Under the pieces are notes generated by a model. The model did no database searches and was not told the DNA's origin. It saw only the letters and a program-made list of their open reading frames with translations. Source: a bacterium (GTDB lineage Bacteria > Patescibacteriota > Minisyncoccia > UBA6257 > JAUSGH01). From it: a stretch of DNA of 64,000 bases. The translations under genes and the position numbers were made by a program. Positions 56,142-64,000 of the stretch are shown piece by piece (the stretch's first letter is position 1; each line of letters starts with the position of its first letter). Location: positions 1,454 through 65,453 of the forward strand of contig JAUSGH010000019.1 in NCBI GenBank assembly GCA_030649055.1, in the 5' to 3' direction.

Positions 56142-56549
56142 ATGATGCTCAGGCAGTCGTTGGCGCTGTTTGCCGTCGGAGTAGCGGCGTTTGTCGGGAT
56201 TTTGGCCGCGTTGAACGCGGCCGACGAGAAGACGAACGGCAAGGACGTCTTCTTGAAATACAAGTGCGACAACTGCCACTCGGTTTCCTCGGCCGGCATC
56301 GAGGGGAAGAACAAGAAGATGGTCGCCCCCGACCTTCTTGACGTGACCGCGCGGCACGAGGCGGAATGGATTCCGCGTTTCATCCGCAAAGAAGAGGGCG
56401 CCGGTCATGTCCGTTGTGACAAGGTCCCGAAGGAGCGCGACGGCAAGCCGCACATGCTGAAGTTCGCGGGAACGAAGGAAGAAGAGGACGCGCTTCTCGC
56501 ATGGTTTGCGGAGCAGCGGACAAAGGAGGAGGAGGAGGAGAAGAAGTGA
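56142..56549 (+). CDS. monoheme c-type cytochrome
   Basis: Signal peptide; G..VF...CDNCH; APDL; distal HM. Confidence 0.82.
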   Translation: MMLRQSLALFAVGVAAFVGILAALNAADEKTNGKDVFLKYKCDNCHSVSSAGIEGKNKKMVAPDLLDVTARHEAEWIPRFIRKEEGAGHVRCDKVPKERDGKPHMLKFAGTKEEEDALLAWFAEQRTKEEEEEKK

Positions 56550-56571
56550 GTTGCTGACCTTCGGTGTGTGC

Positions 56572-56605
56572 GATGGGCTTGCCTGGCGGCAGGCCCATTT
56601 CTTTT
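56572..56605 (+). terminator. intrinsic terminator
   Basis: ATGGGCTTGCC...GGCAGGCCCAT followed by a T-tract. Confidence 0.7.
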
Positions 56606-56684
56606 CGCGATATCTTCCCACGCTATTGTGCGCGGCACTCGTGGTATACTTGTACACATGTGACCGCGACTTGTTTCTGGCGGG

Positions 56685-57416
56685 ATGAATATGGAAAAAA
56701 ACGAACTTATTTTTCTTGATACCGAAACAACCGGCAACGACGTTGCGAATGACCGGCTGGTTGAAGTTTGTTATAAAGTCCCAGATGGAATACATAAGGG
56801 ATATTTCAAGCCGCCTCTACCGATGTCGGTTAAAGCCATGAGTATCACAAACATTTCAAACCGGATGTTGATGGATAAAGAGCCGTTTCGCGACAGCCAT
56901 TTGCGCGCCGACCTTGAAGCGCGTCTCGCAGAGGGGATTTTGGTCGCGCATAATGCCAAGTTTGACTGCGCGATGCTTGAAGCTGAAGGGCTCTCTGTTC
57001 CGCGGCGTATTTGCACCTTCCGCGTCGCAAGACACCTGGATTCGGAAAATCTCATCCCGGAATACAACCTGCAGTATTTGCGGTACCAGCTTGATCTTGA
57101 TGTTCGCGGCGCGGGTGCCCATGACGCCAAAAGCGACGTGAAGGTGCTTTACGCGCTCTTTAATTGGCAGCTCAAAGAAATGAAAAAGGGTGGGCTCACG
57201 AAAGCAAAAGCGATTGAGGCGATGCTGGATGTTTCTTCGCGGCCAACGCTTTTCAAGCTTTTCCCGTTTGGAAAATATAAGGACAAGAAAATTGAGGAGG
57301 TGGTAAAAACCGACCGCGCGTATTTGGAATGGCTACTGAATAAAAAGTATGAAGAGGGCGGGACGGACGAAGACTGGATTCACACGTTGAAATATTATTT
57401 AGCTCGCGTACTATAA
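56685..57416 (+). CDS. DEDDh 3'-5' exonuclease (ExoX-like)
   Basis: DTETTG, AHNAKFD, AHDA.SD, C-terminal PFGKYK...YLEWL. Confidence 0.9.
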   Translation: MNMEKNELIFLDTETTGNDVANDRLVEVCYKVPDGIHKGYFKPPLPMSVKAMSITNISNRMLMDKEPFRDSHLRADLEARLAEGILVAHNAKFDCAMLEAEGLSVPRRICTFRVARHLDSENLIPEYNLQYLRYQLDLDVRGAGAHDAKSDVKVLYALFNWQLKEMKKGGLTKAKAIEAMLDVSSRPTLFKLFPFGKYKDKKIEEVVKTDRAYLEWLLNKKYEEGGTDEDWIHTLKYYLARVL

Positions 57417-57432
57417 TATATTTTGGATATTT

Positions 57433-58461
57433 ATGAGTGATACGACGCACACGCAGGCAAATGCGCGACGGGGATTAGTTATTCCTGCCGTGTTATTTTT
57501 TGCCGGAGCCGCGGTCGGGATTGCCGGCGGATACACGTTTGCGTTATCCGGCAACACCGGCGTGACATTTGGCGAAGATTTATATCAGCAACATCAGTAT
57601 AAATTTATCAATCCGCTGCTTGCATGTAATGCGACCGATGCGGTGACTTCGGCAGAATTTCGCCCGCTTGAGTCAGAGTTAAAAAGCGCGATACAGCGGT
57701 TAGCCGAAGGATCGGGCGCTACCGTTTCGTTGTATTTTAAGGAATTAAATAGCGGCCATCAGACCGCGATAAACGAAAATACGCGGTACGCGCCGGCGAG
57801 CTTGCTGAAGGTTCCTATTATGATGGCATTCTATAAAATCGCGGAATTCAAACCCGAAATTCTCGCTCGGACGTTGACGTATGCCGGGAGCGTCGATTTA
57901 AATCTGGAGGAAAATTTTATGCCTGACAGGTTTATTCAGCCCGGGAAAACATATACGGTCGCCGAGTTGATTGAATATATGGTTATTGATTCCGACAACA
58001 ACGCAATGATGCTGCTCCGAGAGGTGATTGATGAATTGGCGCTCAATGAGGTGTTTATTGATTTGGGGTTGACGGTGCCGACCGTGGGAGATGATCCGGA
58101 TTTCATCAATGTAAAAAATTACTCGCGTTTTTTCAGAGTATTATATCACGCGACGTATTTGAGCCGTGAGAGTTCGGAAAAAGCGCTGGAGCTTTTGACG
58201 CGGGATAAACCGTTTAAAGGCATTGTCGGCGGCGTGCCCTCGGACGTAACGGTCGCGCAAAAATTTGGTGAGCGGGGTTTTGTGACGAGCTCGGGTGATG
58301 TTACCGATCGTGAACTTCATGATTGCGGCATTGTCTACGACCCGGATGGTCCTTATCTGCTCTGTGTCATGACGAAGGGAAGAGCGAGTTTTGAAAAGCT
58401 CACGGATATTATCCGGAAAATCTCAACCGTTGTGTATGAATATCGTCGGCGCGGCGCATGA
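57433..58461 (+). CDS. class A beta-lactamase-like serine hydrolase
   Basis: SLLK, SDN and KFG motifs; N-terminal TM. Confidence 0.85.
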   Translation: MSDTTHTQANARRGLVIPAVLFFAGAAVGIAGGYTFALSGNTGVTFGEDLYQQHQYKFINPLLACNATDAVTSAEFRPLESELKSAIQRLAEGSGATVSLYFKELNSGHQTAINENTRYAPASLLKVPIMMAFYKIAEFKPEILARTLTYAGSVDLNLEENFMPDRFIQPGKTYTVAELIEYMVIDSDNNAMMLLREVIDELALNEVFIDLGLTVPTVGDDPDFINVKNYSRFFRVLYHATYLSRESSEKALELLTRDKPFKGIVGGVPSDVTVAQKFGERGFVTSSGDVTDRELHDCGIVYDPDGPYLLCVMTKGRASFEKLTDIIRKISTVVYEYRRRGA

Positions 58462-58488
58462 CGCTTCGCGCTGTGTTATGCTGAACAT

Positions 58489-58758
58489 ATGATGGAACTA
58501 CAACATAAAAAAGTAGCGCTGACGTTCGGTGTGTTTGTCGGAGGGTTGCACGTGGTCTGGAGCGCGCTTGTGGCGTTGGGTTGGGCACAGGGGCTTTTAG
58601 ACTTCATCACCACGCTGCATTTCATTAATAACCCCGTTGCAGTCGGACCGTTTTCGTTCGGCATCGCGGCATTGCTCGTCGCGGTTACGTTTGCCGTGGG
58701 TTACGCGGTCGGTTGGGTGTTCGCTTCGGTTTGGAATAAGATGCATGCGCAATCGTAA
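58489..58758 (+). CDS. small membrane protein
   Basis: Hydrophobic helices; TATGCT 6 nt before ATG. Confidence 0.75.
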   Translation: MMELQHKKVALTFGVFVGGLHVVWSALVALGWAQGLLDFITTLHFINNPVAVGPFSFGIAALLVAVTFAVGYAVGWVFASVWNKMHAQS

Positions 58759-58768
58759 GGGATTGGCG

Positions 58769-60445
58769 TCAGTTAACGGTGAAGCGGTATGCCTTAAAGG
58801 CGGCGCGTCCCGCGTCGTCAGCCGCGGTGAACTGCGGGTTATTTTTGTTGGCGATAAATATTTTTTCAATATTTTCCGCGGCCCCGACATGCGCGCGTTT
58901 TAATGGCGCGCCATTCTCGGCTTTGACGAAATACAACGCGACATTTTTAAACATCGCGGTGTTACCGGTTTTTTGCGCCTCAAGAAACACGCTTGCGGGC
59001 ATGATGGGAATGCCGTGGTAATATTGTCGGCGGCTGAAGAGCCAGAGCATCGGGCCGACGGCAAGGTTGTCGTCGTAAATGATGCCCGAGGGAGGAATCG
59101 TTGCCGGAATGTTACGCGCGTATGTTTGTATGACGCTGTCCAGTGTCGGGCTCGGGTGGCGGGGAACATTTACCGGTCGGGCGCTGCCGAAGACGCCGTC
59201 CAGGTACCGGTCAAGCTGTACCACACCGTAGTTCGGCGTATCGGTGAATTGCGCCTTAACAGTGAACACGGTTTCGCTCGCGATGATGATTCCCAGCGCT
59301 ACCGTGAGTACCTCTCGTTTTGGAAATCGCTCGGTGCATCGGAGTATGGCGAATGACGCGAGTGGAATGATTGAAATAATGTATAGCGCGGTGAATCGCG
59401 GAGCGGAGCCGACGGCGATAAGTAAGAACGTGATGCTTGCGCCGGTGAAAAGTACGAGTGACAGCGCGTTTCGCGCCTGCCTACCGGTAGGAATGGCGCG
59501 GCGCGCGCCTGTCGCAAGAATGACGCCCGCCGTTCCGAGTATCAGCAGTAACGGCGAGTATAGCGCGCGGAGATTCATGAAAATACGCGAGAAGGACTCT
59601 TGTGTTTTGCCGGAATCACCCTGCCAATACGGCGGCATTTTTCCGAAGAGATATGAGAATTGAAGGTCGAAATGGCCGAAGGTTTTGTAAAGCATGATGT
59701 TGTAGATGACGACGGGCGCGAACAGTATGGCGGCGAGCAGCGCCGCCGCGTACATGCGCCAATTTTTAAACAGTGCCGGCTGTTGCAGCGCGATGACTGC
59801 GAGATACGCGGGCATGAGAAAAATTCCGACATATTTGGTGAGGAGTACCAAGCCGAACGTCGCGCCGAACGCAATCCAGCGGCGCGGGTTTTCCATAAAT
59901 CGCAGGAAGGTTAGTATGTTCAGGAGTGAGAGCGCGATAAGCACAGACTCCATCATTGCAAGTCGTGAAATAAAAACATGCGCAAAATTTACGCTGATGA
60001 GCGCGGCGGCGATAAGGCCCCCGATGGACATCGGGGAGAGGCCGTTTAACGTCAGTTCGGGGAAAATATTTTTGAATAATCTCCGGACGACAAAAAAGAT
60101 GAGCAGTATTGACGCGATACCGGCAAGCGCCGAGGGGATGCGCGCGACGAGCAGTGAGTCGCCGAGCATCGCGAAGCAGATGTGCTGAATCAGGAAAAAA
60201 AGCGGCGGATGGTCGTGGAACGAAAGTTTTGTCCACCACGGTAGCGGGTTATTCTCGAACCAGTGGACCGGTGTCGGCTGGGCGGCGCTTTCAAGGTAGT
60301 CCAAATATCCGATGGAGCGGAATGCGTAGAGCCCTTCGTCGAAGGTTAGTTCGGCGGAGCCTAAATTCCAGAGCCGGAATCCCGCGCCGATGATGACGAT
60401 GCCGATGAGCGCGATGGCGACGCGATGTTTTGCGAAGAAGTTCAT
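58769..60445 (-). CDS. ArnT/PMT-type (GT-C) glycosyltransferase
   Basis: FDE, HDHPPL, ARIP, SR...E, TKY; multi-TM. Confidence 0.88.
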   Translation of the reverse strand: MNFFAKHRVAIALIGIVIIGAGFRLWNLGSAELTFDEGLYAFRSIGYLDYLESAAQPTPVHWFENNPLPWWTKLSFHDHPPLFFLIQHICFAMLGDSLLVARIPSALAGIASILLIFFVVRRLFKNIFPELTLNGLSPMSIGGLIAAALISVNFAHVFISRLAMMESVLIALSLLNILTFLRFMENPRRWIAFGATFGLVLLTKYVGIFLMPAYLAVIALQQPALFKNWRMYAAALLAAILFAPVVIYNIMLYKTFGHFDLQFSYLFGKMPPYWQGDSGKTQESFSRIFMNLRALYSPLLLILGTAGVILATGARRAIPTGRQARNALSLVLFTGASITFLLIAVGSAPRFTALYIISIIPLASFAILRCTERFPKREVLTVALGIIIASETVFTVKAQFTDTPNYGVVQLDRYLDGVFGSARPVNVPRHPSPTLDSVIQTYARNIPATIPPSGIIYDDNLAVGPMLWLFSRRQYYHGIPIMPASVFLEAQKTGNTAMFKNVALYFVKAENGAPLKRAHVGAAENIEKIFIANKNNPQFTAADDAGRAAFKAYRFTVN

Positions 60446-60446
60446 A

Positions 60447-62150
60447 TCAGATGTTCAGACGGAAGACGTTGAACACCGTAACGCCCTCTGCGTTTTTTAT
60501 TTCATCTACCGGAGCGGCTACGCGCGCAATTTCTTCCGCGGCACGCGTGCGCGCGTCGCTCGCCGGTATTGCCGTCATGACGCTTTCGTTTGCTGCCGTG
60601 ATGATGGTCACATCCGTAAACCCGAGCGTGCGGTAGAAGCCCGCTCCTTGCCCGCGCATTTTTTCCGAAAACTGCGTCAGTGAATGGATCGGCGCGAAGT
60701 TGTACAAACGGCGGCGTTCAAAAATCCATACCCACGGGAACCATTGCATGCGGTCATCAAAAATCAAGAGGTGTGTTTGGATTGGTTGCGTGGGATTCTT
60801 CGCGAGCGCCGCGCGGATGCGTGATTCTTGGTACGCGGCAAGCTGCGGCTCTTCGGAAAAAATGACGATGGTGGAGAGTTCGGGGTGTTCGGCGTAGAAG
60901 TTTTTGACATATGACTCCAGCGCCGCAAATCCCGTGAACGCGGGGCGGTTTTTCGCGAGAAGGAGGGGATTCGCGATGAGCGGCGTCGGCAGAAGCTGGC
61001 TTTGCGCGGCAAAAATAATCTCCCATAATCCCGCGAGTGTTACGACGGTGATGAATAGCACCCTTGTTTTATTGTTCGCGGCGGCGGATTGCCATAGCCG
61101 GGTTGTGCCGATGCCGACAACGAGCGTCACAAACGGCAAAAGTACCGTTCCGAAATGGTCGTCGCCGGAAGTGATGCCAAGCATGACCAGCGCCCAGAGC
61201 CCGCCGAGTCCGAAAAGCGCATATGTCGCGCGCGTTTCGGGGCGTTGCCATGCACGCATCGCGGCCGCGGCAAGCGCTGCGAGTAAGAGCGCGATGAATC
61301 CCGCGCTTGCATTGCGGATGCCGAGTGATGCCGCCACCGCGGCGATATTGAAATTTTTTGTTGCTACGCGCGTCAGAACCTTAAAATCTTCCGGGTGTTG
61401 CCCCGTGAGCGTTGAAAGCGCCGCGTCAACATGTCCGCGCGTGCGGAACATCATCATGTTGTAGATGATGATGGGGGAGATGAGGATGAGTATTGTGGCG
61501 CACCCGGCGTAGAACCATTTTTCTTTCCACGCTCGTCGCTGCCACGCGAGTAACGCGACGAGGAACACCGGTCCCATAAAGAGGAATGTGTATTTGGTGA
61601 GCAGTCCCGCGCCTACGCACGTCCCCCACCACAAATAATTTTTCGGGGCATTTTTTGCTTTGATGAAAAAGTATAGGGCAAAAAGAATTTCCGGAACGAG
61701 AAATCCTTCCAAATATCCGATGCGGGAAATCCAGATCGCGTAATTTGAAACCGCGAGTGTCGCCGCGGCGACAAGCCCCGCTGTTGTGCCGGCCGTGAGC
61801 GTTCCTAAAAGGTATGCGCCGTATATGGCAAGTACGCCTGCGGCGACAAACGGTAATCGCGCGGCAACGGCGTTATCGCCGAAGAGCTGAAACGAAATCC
61901 ATTGCGTAATAAAAACGAGCGGCGGCGCGTCGTGGAAGGAAAGTGATTGCCACCACTGCGAGGTTGGAAACCAGGAGACGGGCGTGGATTGCTTGTTGGT
62001 TGAGGCGACGTAGTCAACGTAGTCGACAGAACGTAGCGAATAGAGCGCGTCGTCTGATGCAATGTCGGGAAGCGAAAGATTCCAGAGGCGGAGTCCTAAT
62101 CCCAGCGCGAGAATGCCAAGGAGTATATATATGGTAGCGTGGCGGTTCAT
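60447..62150 (-). CDS. ArnT/PMT-type (GT-C) glycosyltransferase, paralog
   Basis: SDD, HDAPPL, ARLP, SR...E, TKY. Confidence 0.88.
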   Translation of the reverse strand: MNRHATIYILLGILALGLGLRLWNLSLPDIASDDALYSLRSVDYVDYVASTNKQSTPVSWFPTSQWWQSLSFHDAPPLVFITQWISFQLFGDNAVAARLPFVAAGVLAIYGAYLLGTLTAGTTAGLVAAATLAVSNYAIWISRIGYLEGFLVPEILFALYFFIKAKNAPKNYLWWGTCVGAGLLTKYTFLFMGPVFLVALLAWQRRAWKEKWFYAGCATILILISPIIIYNMMMFRTRGHVDAALSTLTGQHPEDFKVLTRVATKNFNIAAVAASLGIRNASAGFIALLLAALAAAAMRAWQRPETRATYALFGLGGLWALVMLGITSGDDHFGTVLLPFVTLVVGIGTTRLWQSAAANNKTRVLFITVVTLAGLWEIIFAAQSQLLPTPLIANPLLLAKNRPAFTGFAALESYVKNFYAEHPELSTIVIFSEEPQLAAYQESRIRAALAKNPTQPIQTHLLIFDDRMQWFPWVWIFERRRLYNFAPIHSLTQFSEKMRGQGAGFYRTLGFTDVTIITAANESVMTAIPASDARTRAAEEIARVAAPVDEIKNAEGVTVFNVFRLNI

Positions 62151-62299
62151 GTATCTTATGATACGGGTGTTTCATGCCTGTTGCCAATATATATAGATAG
62201 AAGGGACCCTGCCGGCGATGTGGCGCGTTGACGGCGACGTTTTATATATCTTATATTGAGGACAGCACTCGGTAACTGATTTCACTGTGGAGGTGAGCG

Positions 62300-63151
62300 A
62301 TGTATCGTCGCAGTGCGGAACACGAAGATAGGGCAGAGCGTAGTGCCGCGACTGTCATGGATCATTGGAAGATTTCCAAGGATCCTGTGGTGCCGCGCAT
62401 TTGCGTTGTGCTCGGAGGAGCCGGCTGGGGAGATGTGTCCGTCATGCAACCGGAACGCTCCTTTTTCCTCGTGCCCACCGAGGACTACAATCGTAGGCCG
62501 ATTCTCATGGCCTTCTCGGGGCTGAAGGAGTTGTCGGATCACAAGCGCGTGGTGGAGTACGGTCACGTGTCCGGCAAGGAGGTGCTGATATTGAAAGGCC
62601 GCGTGCATATCAATGAGGCGCTGGCGCATCCGGAGTATGCGTTTTACGCGCGGCTGCAGATTGAGATGCTCATCAAGATGGGGTGCCGTACGTTTATCCT
62701 CACGAGCGCCGCCGCGAGCTTCCGCGAAAACGTGAAGCTTGGCGACATCATTGTTGCAAGCGGATTTTCGGGACATTCTGCTCCGAACATGCCGCTCGAG
62801 GCGGACGAGAAGCCCGAACCGGAGCGGGTGTTGGACCCCGAACTGCAACATCTGGCGTGCGAAGTGGGGAAGAGCGCCGGACTTCGGATTTACGGAGGCG
62901 GCGTGGTCATGGTGCGTGGCCCTTTGGTTCCGACACTCTCGCATGACGTGAATCATTTGTGCGATTCGGGCGCCGATGTCACTGTGACAAGTATCCTTCC
63001 CGAGGCGACGTTCGTGGCGCTTTATCCGAATACGCGGGCGGTGGGGCTCTCGTCTGTTTCCATCGCTGCCGACGGGACGAAGTACGTGGCAACTCCCGAA
63101 TACACGGCGAAGCGCGGCGAGCTGCTCCAAAACATGATTGCGGGGCTGTAA
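62300..63151 (+). CDS. divergent purine-nucleoside phosphorylase-like protein
   Basis: VVLG..GWG, KGRVH.NE, G...FILTSAA, RGP, GAD...S..PE. Confidence 0.72.
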   Translation: MYRRSAEHEDRAERSAATVMDHWKISKDPVVPRICVVLGGAGWGDVSVMQPERSFFLVPTEDYNRRPILMAFSGLKELSDHKRVVEYGHVSGKEVLILKGRVHINEALAHPEYAFYARLQIEMLIKMGCRTFILTSAAASFRENVKLGDIIVASGFSGHSAPNMPLEADEKPEPERVLDPELQHLACEVGKSAGLRIYGGGVVMVRGPLVPTLSHDVNHLCDSGADVTVTSILPEATFVALYPNTRAVGLSSVSIAADGTKYVATPEYTAKRGELLQNMIAGL

Positions 63152-63219
63152 CGACAACGTAGGCGACAACAAGGGGGCGGAATCCGGATTCGGACCGCCC
63201 TCTTTCTTTTTCTGGTTTT

Positions 63220-63272
63220 GTCATTCGTTCATTCCCTCCAAAGGCGGGCAGGCGCGCGAATGAACGAATGAC
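63220..63272. repeat. inverted octamer repeat GTCATTCGTTCATTC...GAATGAACGAATGAC
   Basis: 15-bp perfect arms enclosing a GGCGGGCAGG motif. Confidence 0.8.
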
Positions 63273-63329
63273 GGAGTCGGCAGATAGGTCAAATTTACGT
63301 TTTTCATGAATTTGCATCATAATAAAACT

Positions 63330-63917
63330 ATGTCCGGTCTCTCCGACATGATGAAGTTTATTGAGTTGACACACCGCTTGCAGCAGGTGCGGCGGACGAT
63401 TTTTGTTAATCACGAAGAGAGAAATGAAAACGACGTGGAGCATATGTACCAATTGGCAATGGTTAGCTGGTATATTATTGAACGCGAAAAGTTACCGCTT
63501 GATATTCCGAAAGTCCTTCGTTACGCGTTGGTTCATGATGTTGTAGAGGCCTACGCGGGAGATACGTATTTTTATAGCGACGATAAGGATGATAAAGCAA
63601 GGCGCGAGCATGCCGCGGCAGAGCGGCTCAAAAAAGAATTTCCCGAGTTTCCGGATTTGCATGAATGCATCGAAGCGTTTGAGCGCCGTGAGGACGCGGA
63701 GAGCAAATTTGTCTACGCGTTGGATAAGGTGATTCCCGTCGTGAATATTTATATGGACGGCGGTCGCTCGTGGAAGCGTGACGGCGTGACATTCGTGGAT
63801 GTGCTGAAATATAAAACCGATAAAGTGGCGGTGTCTCAGGAAGTGAAGGTATATTTTGATGAACTTGTAGAGCGTCTCCGCGCGGAGGAGACGTCGTTGT
63901 TTCCGAGGAAAGCATGA
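63330..63917 (+). CDS. HD-domain hydrolase (YfbR/HDDC2-like)
   Basis: ENDVEH, LVHDVVE.YAGD, ALDK; start 63306 or 63330. Confidence 0.88.
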   Translation: MSGLSDMMKFIELTHRLQQVRRTIFVNHEERNENDVEHMYQLAMVSWYIIEREKLPLDIPKVLRYALVHDVVEAYAGDTYFYSDDKDDKARREHAAAERLKKEFPEFPDLHECIEAFERREDAESKFVYALDKVIPVVNIYMDGGRSWKRDGVTFVDVLKYKTDKVAVSQEVKVYFDELVERLRAEETSLFPRKA

Positions 63918-64000
63918 GGAGCTGTTAGTGTTCAGTTGTTCCACTTTGCCGCATGCAAAAGATGAGATACATCGCATTGACGGCGCAATTTTTTTATGCG

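Noticed and set aside
57433-58461. True antibiotic-resistance beta-lactamase (and VanW as vancomycin resistance)
   Set aside because: Family motifs only; membrane-anchored homologs are commonly cell-wall enzymes, and no van cluster is present.
33356-64000. Prophage or integrative element next to the tRNA
   Set aside because: No integrase, phage structural or conjugation genes, and no direct att repeat found in the window.

Overview
A 64-kb chromosomal segment of a Patescibacteria (CPR) bacterium, most likely Parcubacteria/Paceibacteria. This placement is inferred from the divergent, intron-bearing, unlinked 16S gene, the CPR-style type IV pilus cluster and the gene set. Core genes are fba, a short prfA, rplY, rpmE, pth, lepB, hisS, rpsU, ybeY, ftsA, ftsZ and class II nrdJ. 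The 16S rRNA carries a group I intron with a LAGLIDADG endonuclease, has two large hairpin expansions and lacks an anti-Shine-Dalgarno tail. A tRNA-Asn(GTT) is split inside its anticodon by a 207-nt group I intron. An accessory region follows (about 33.3-64 kb) with surface proteins, cell-wall enzymes, a PIF1-type helicase, a superinfection-immunity protein and a c-type cytochrome. The most notable unexplained structure is five copies of a ~36-46 bp palindrome with compensatory changes, all within 3.7 kb. Two copies bracket a small ArsR-like winged-helix gene, and one sits in-frame inside tspO. Also notable: many genes have a -10 box 6-7 nt before the ATG (leaderless architecture), and several families of short-period, REP-like and MITE-like repeats occur at gene junctions and inside genes and rRNA. 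No CRISPR array, transposase or integrase was seen. All calls were made by eye from motifs; no database searches were run.
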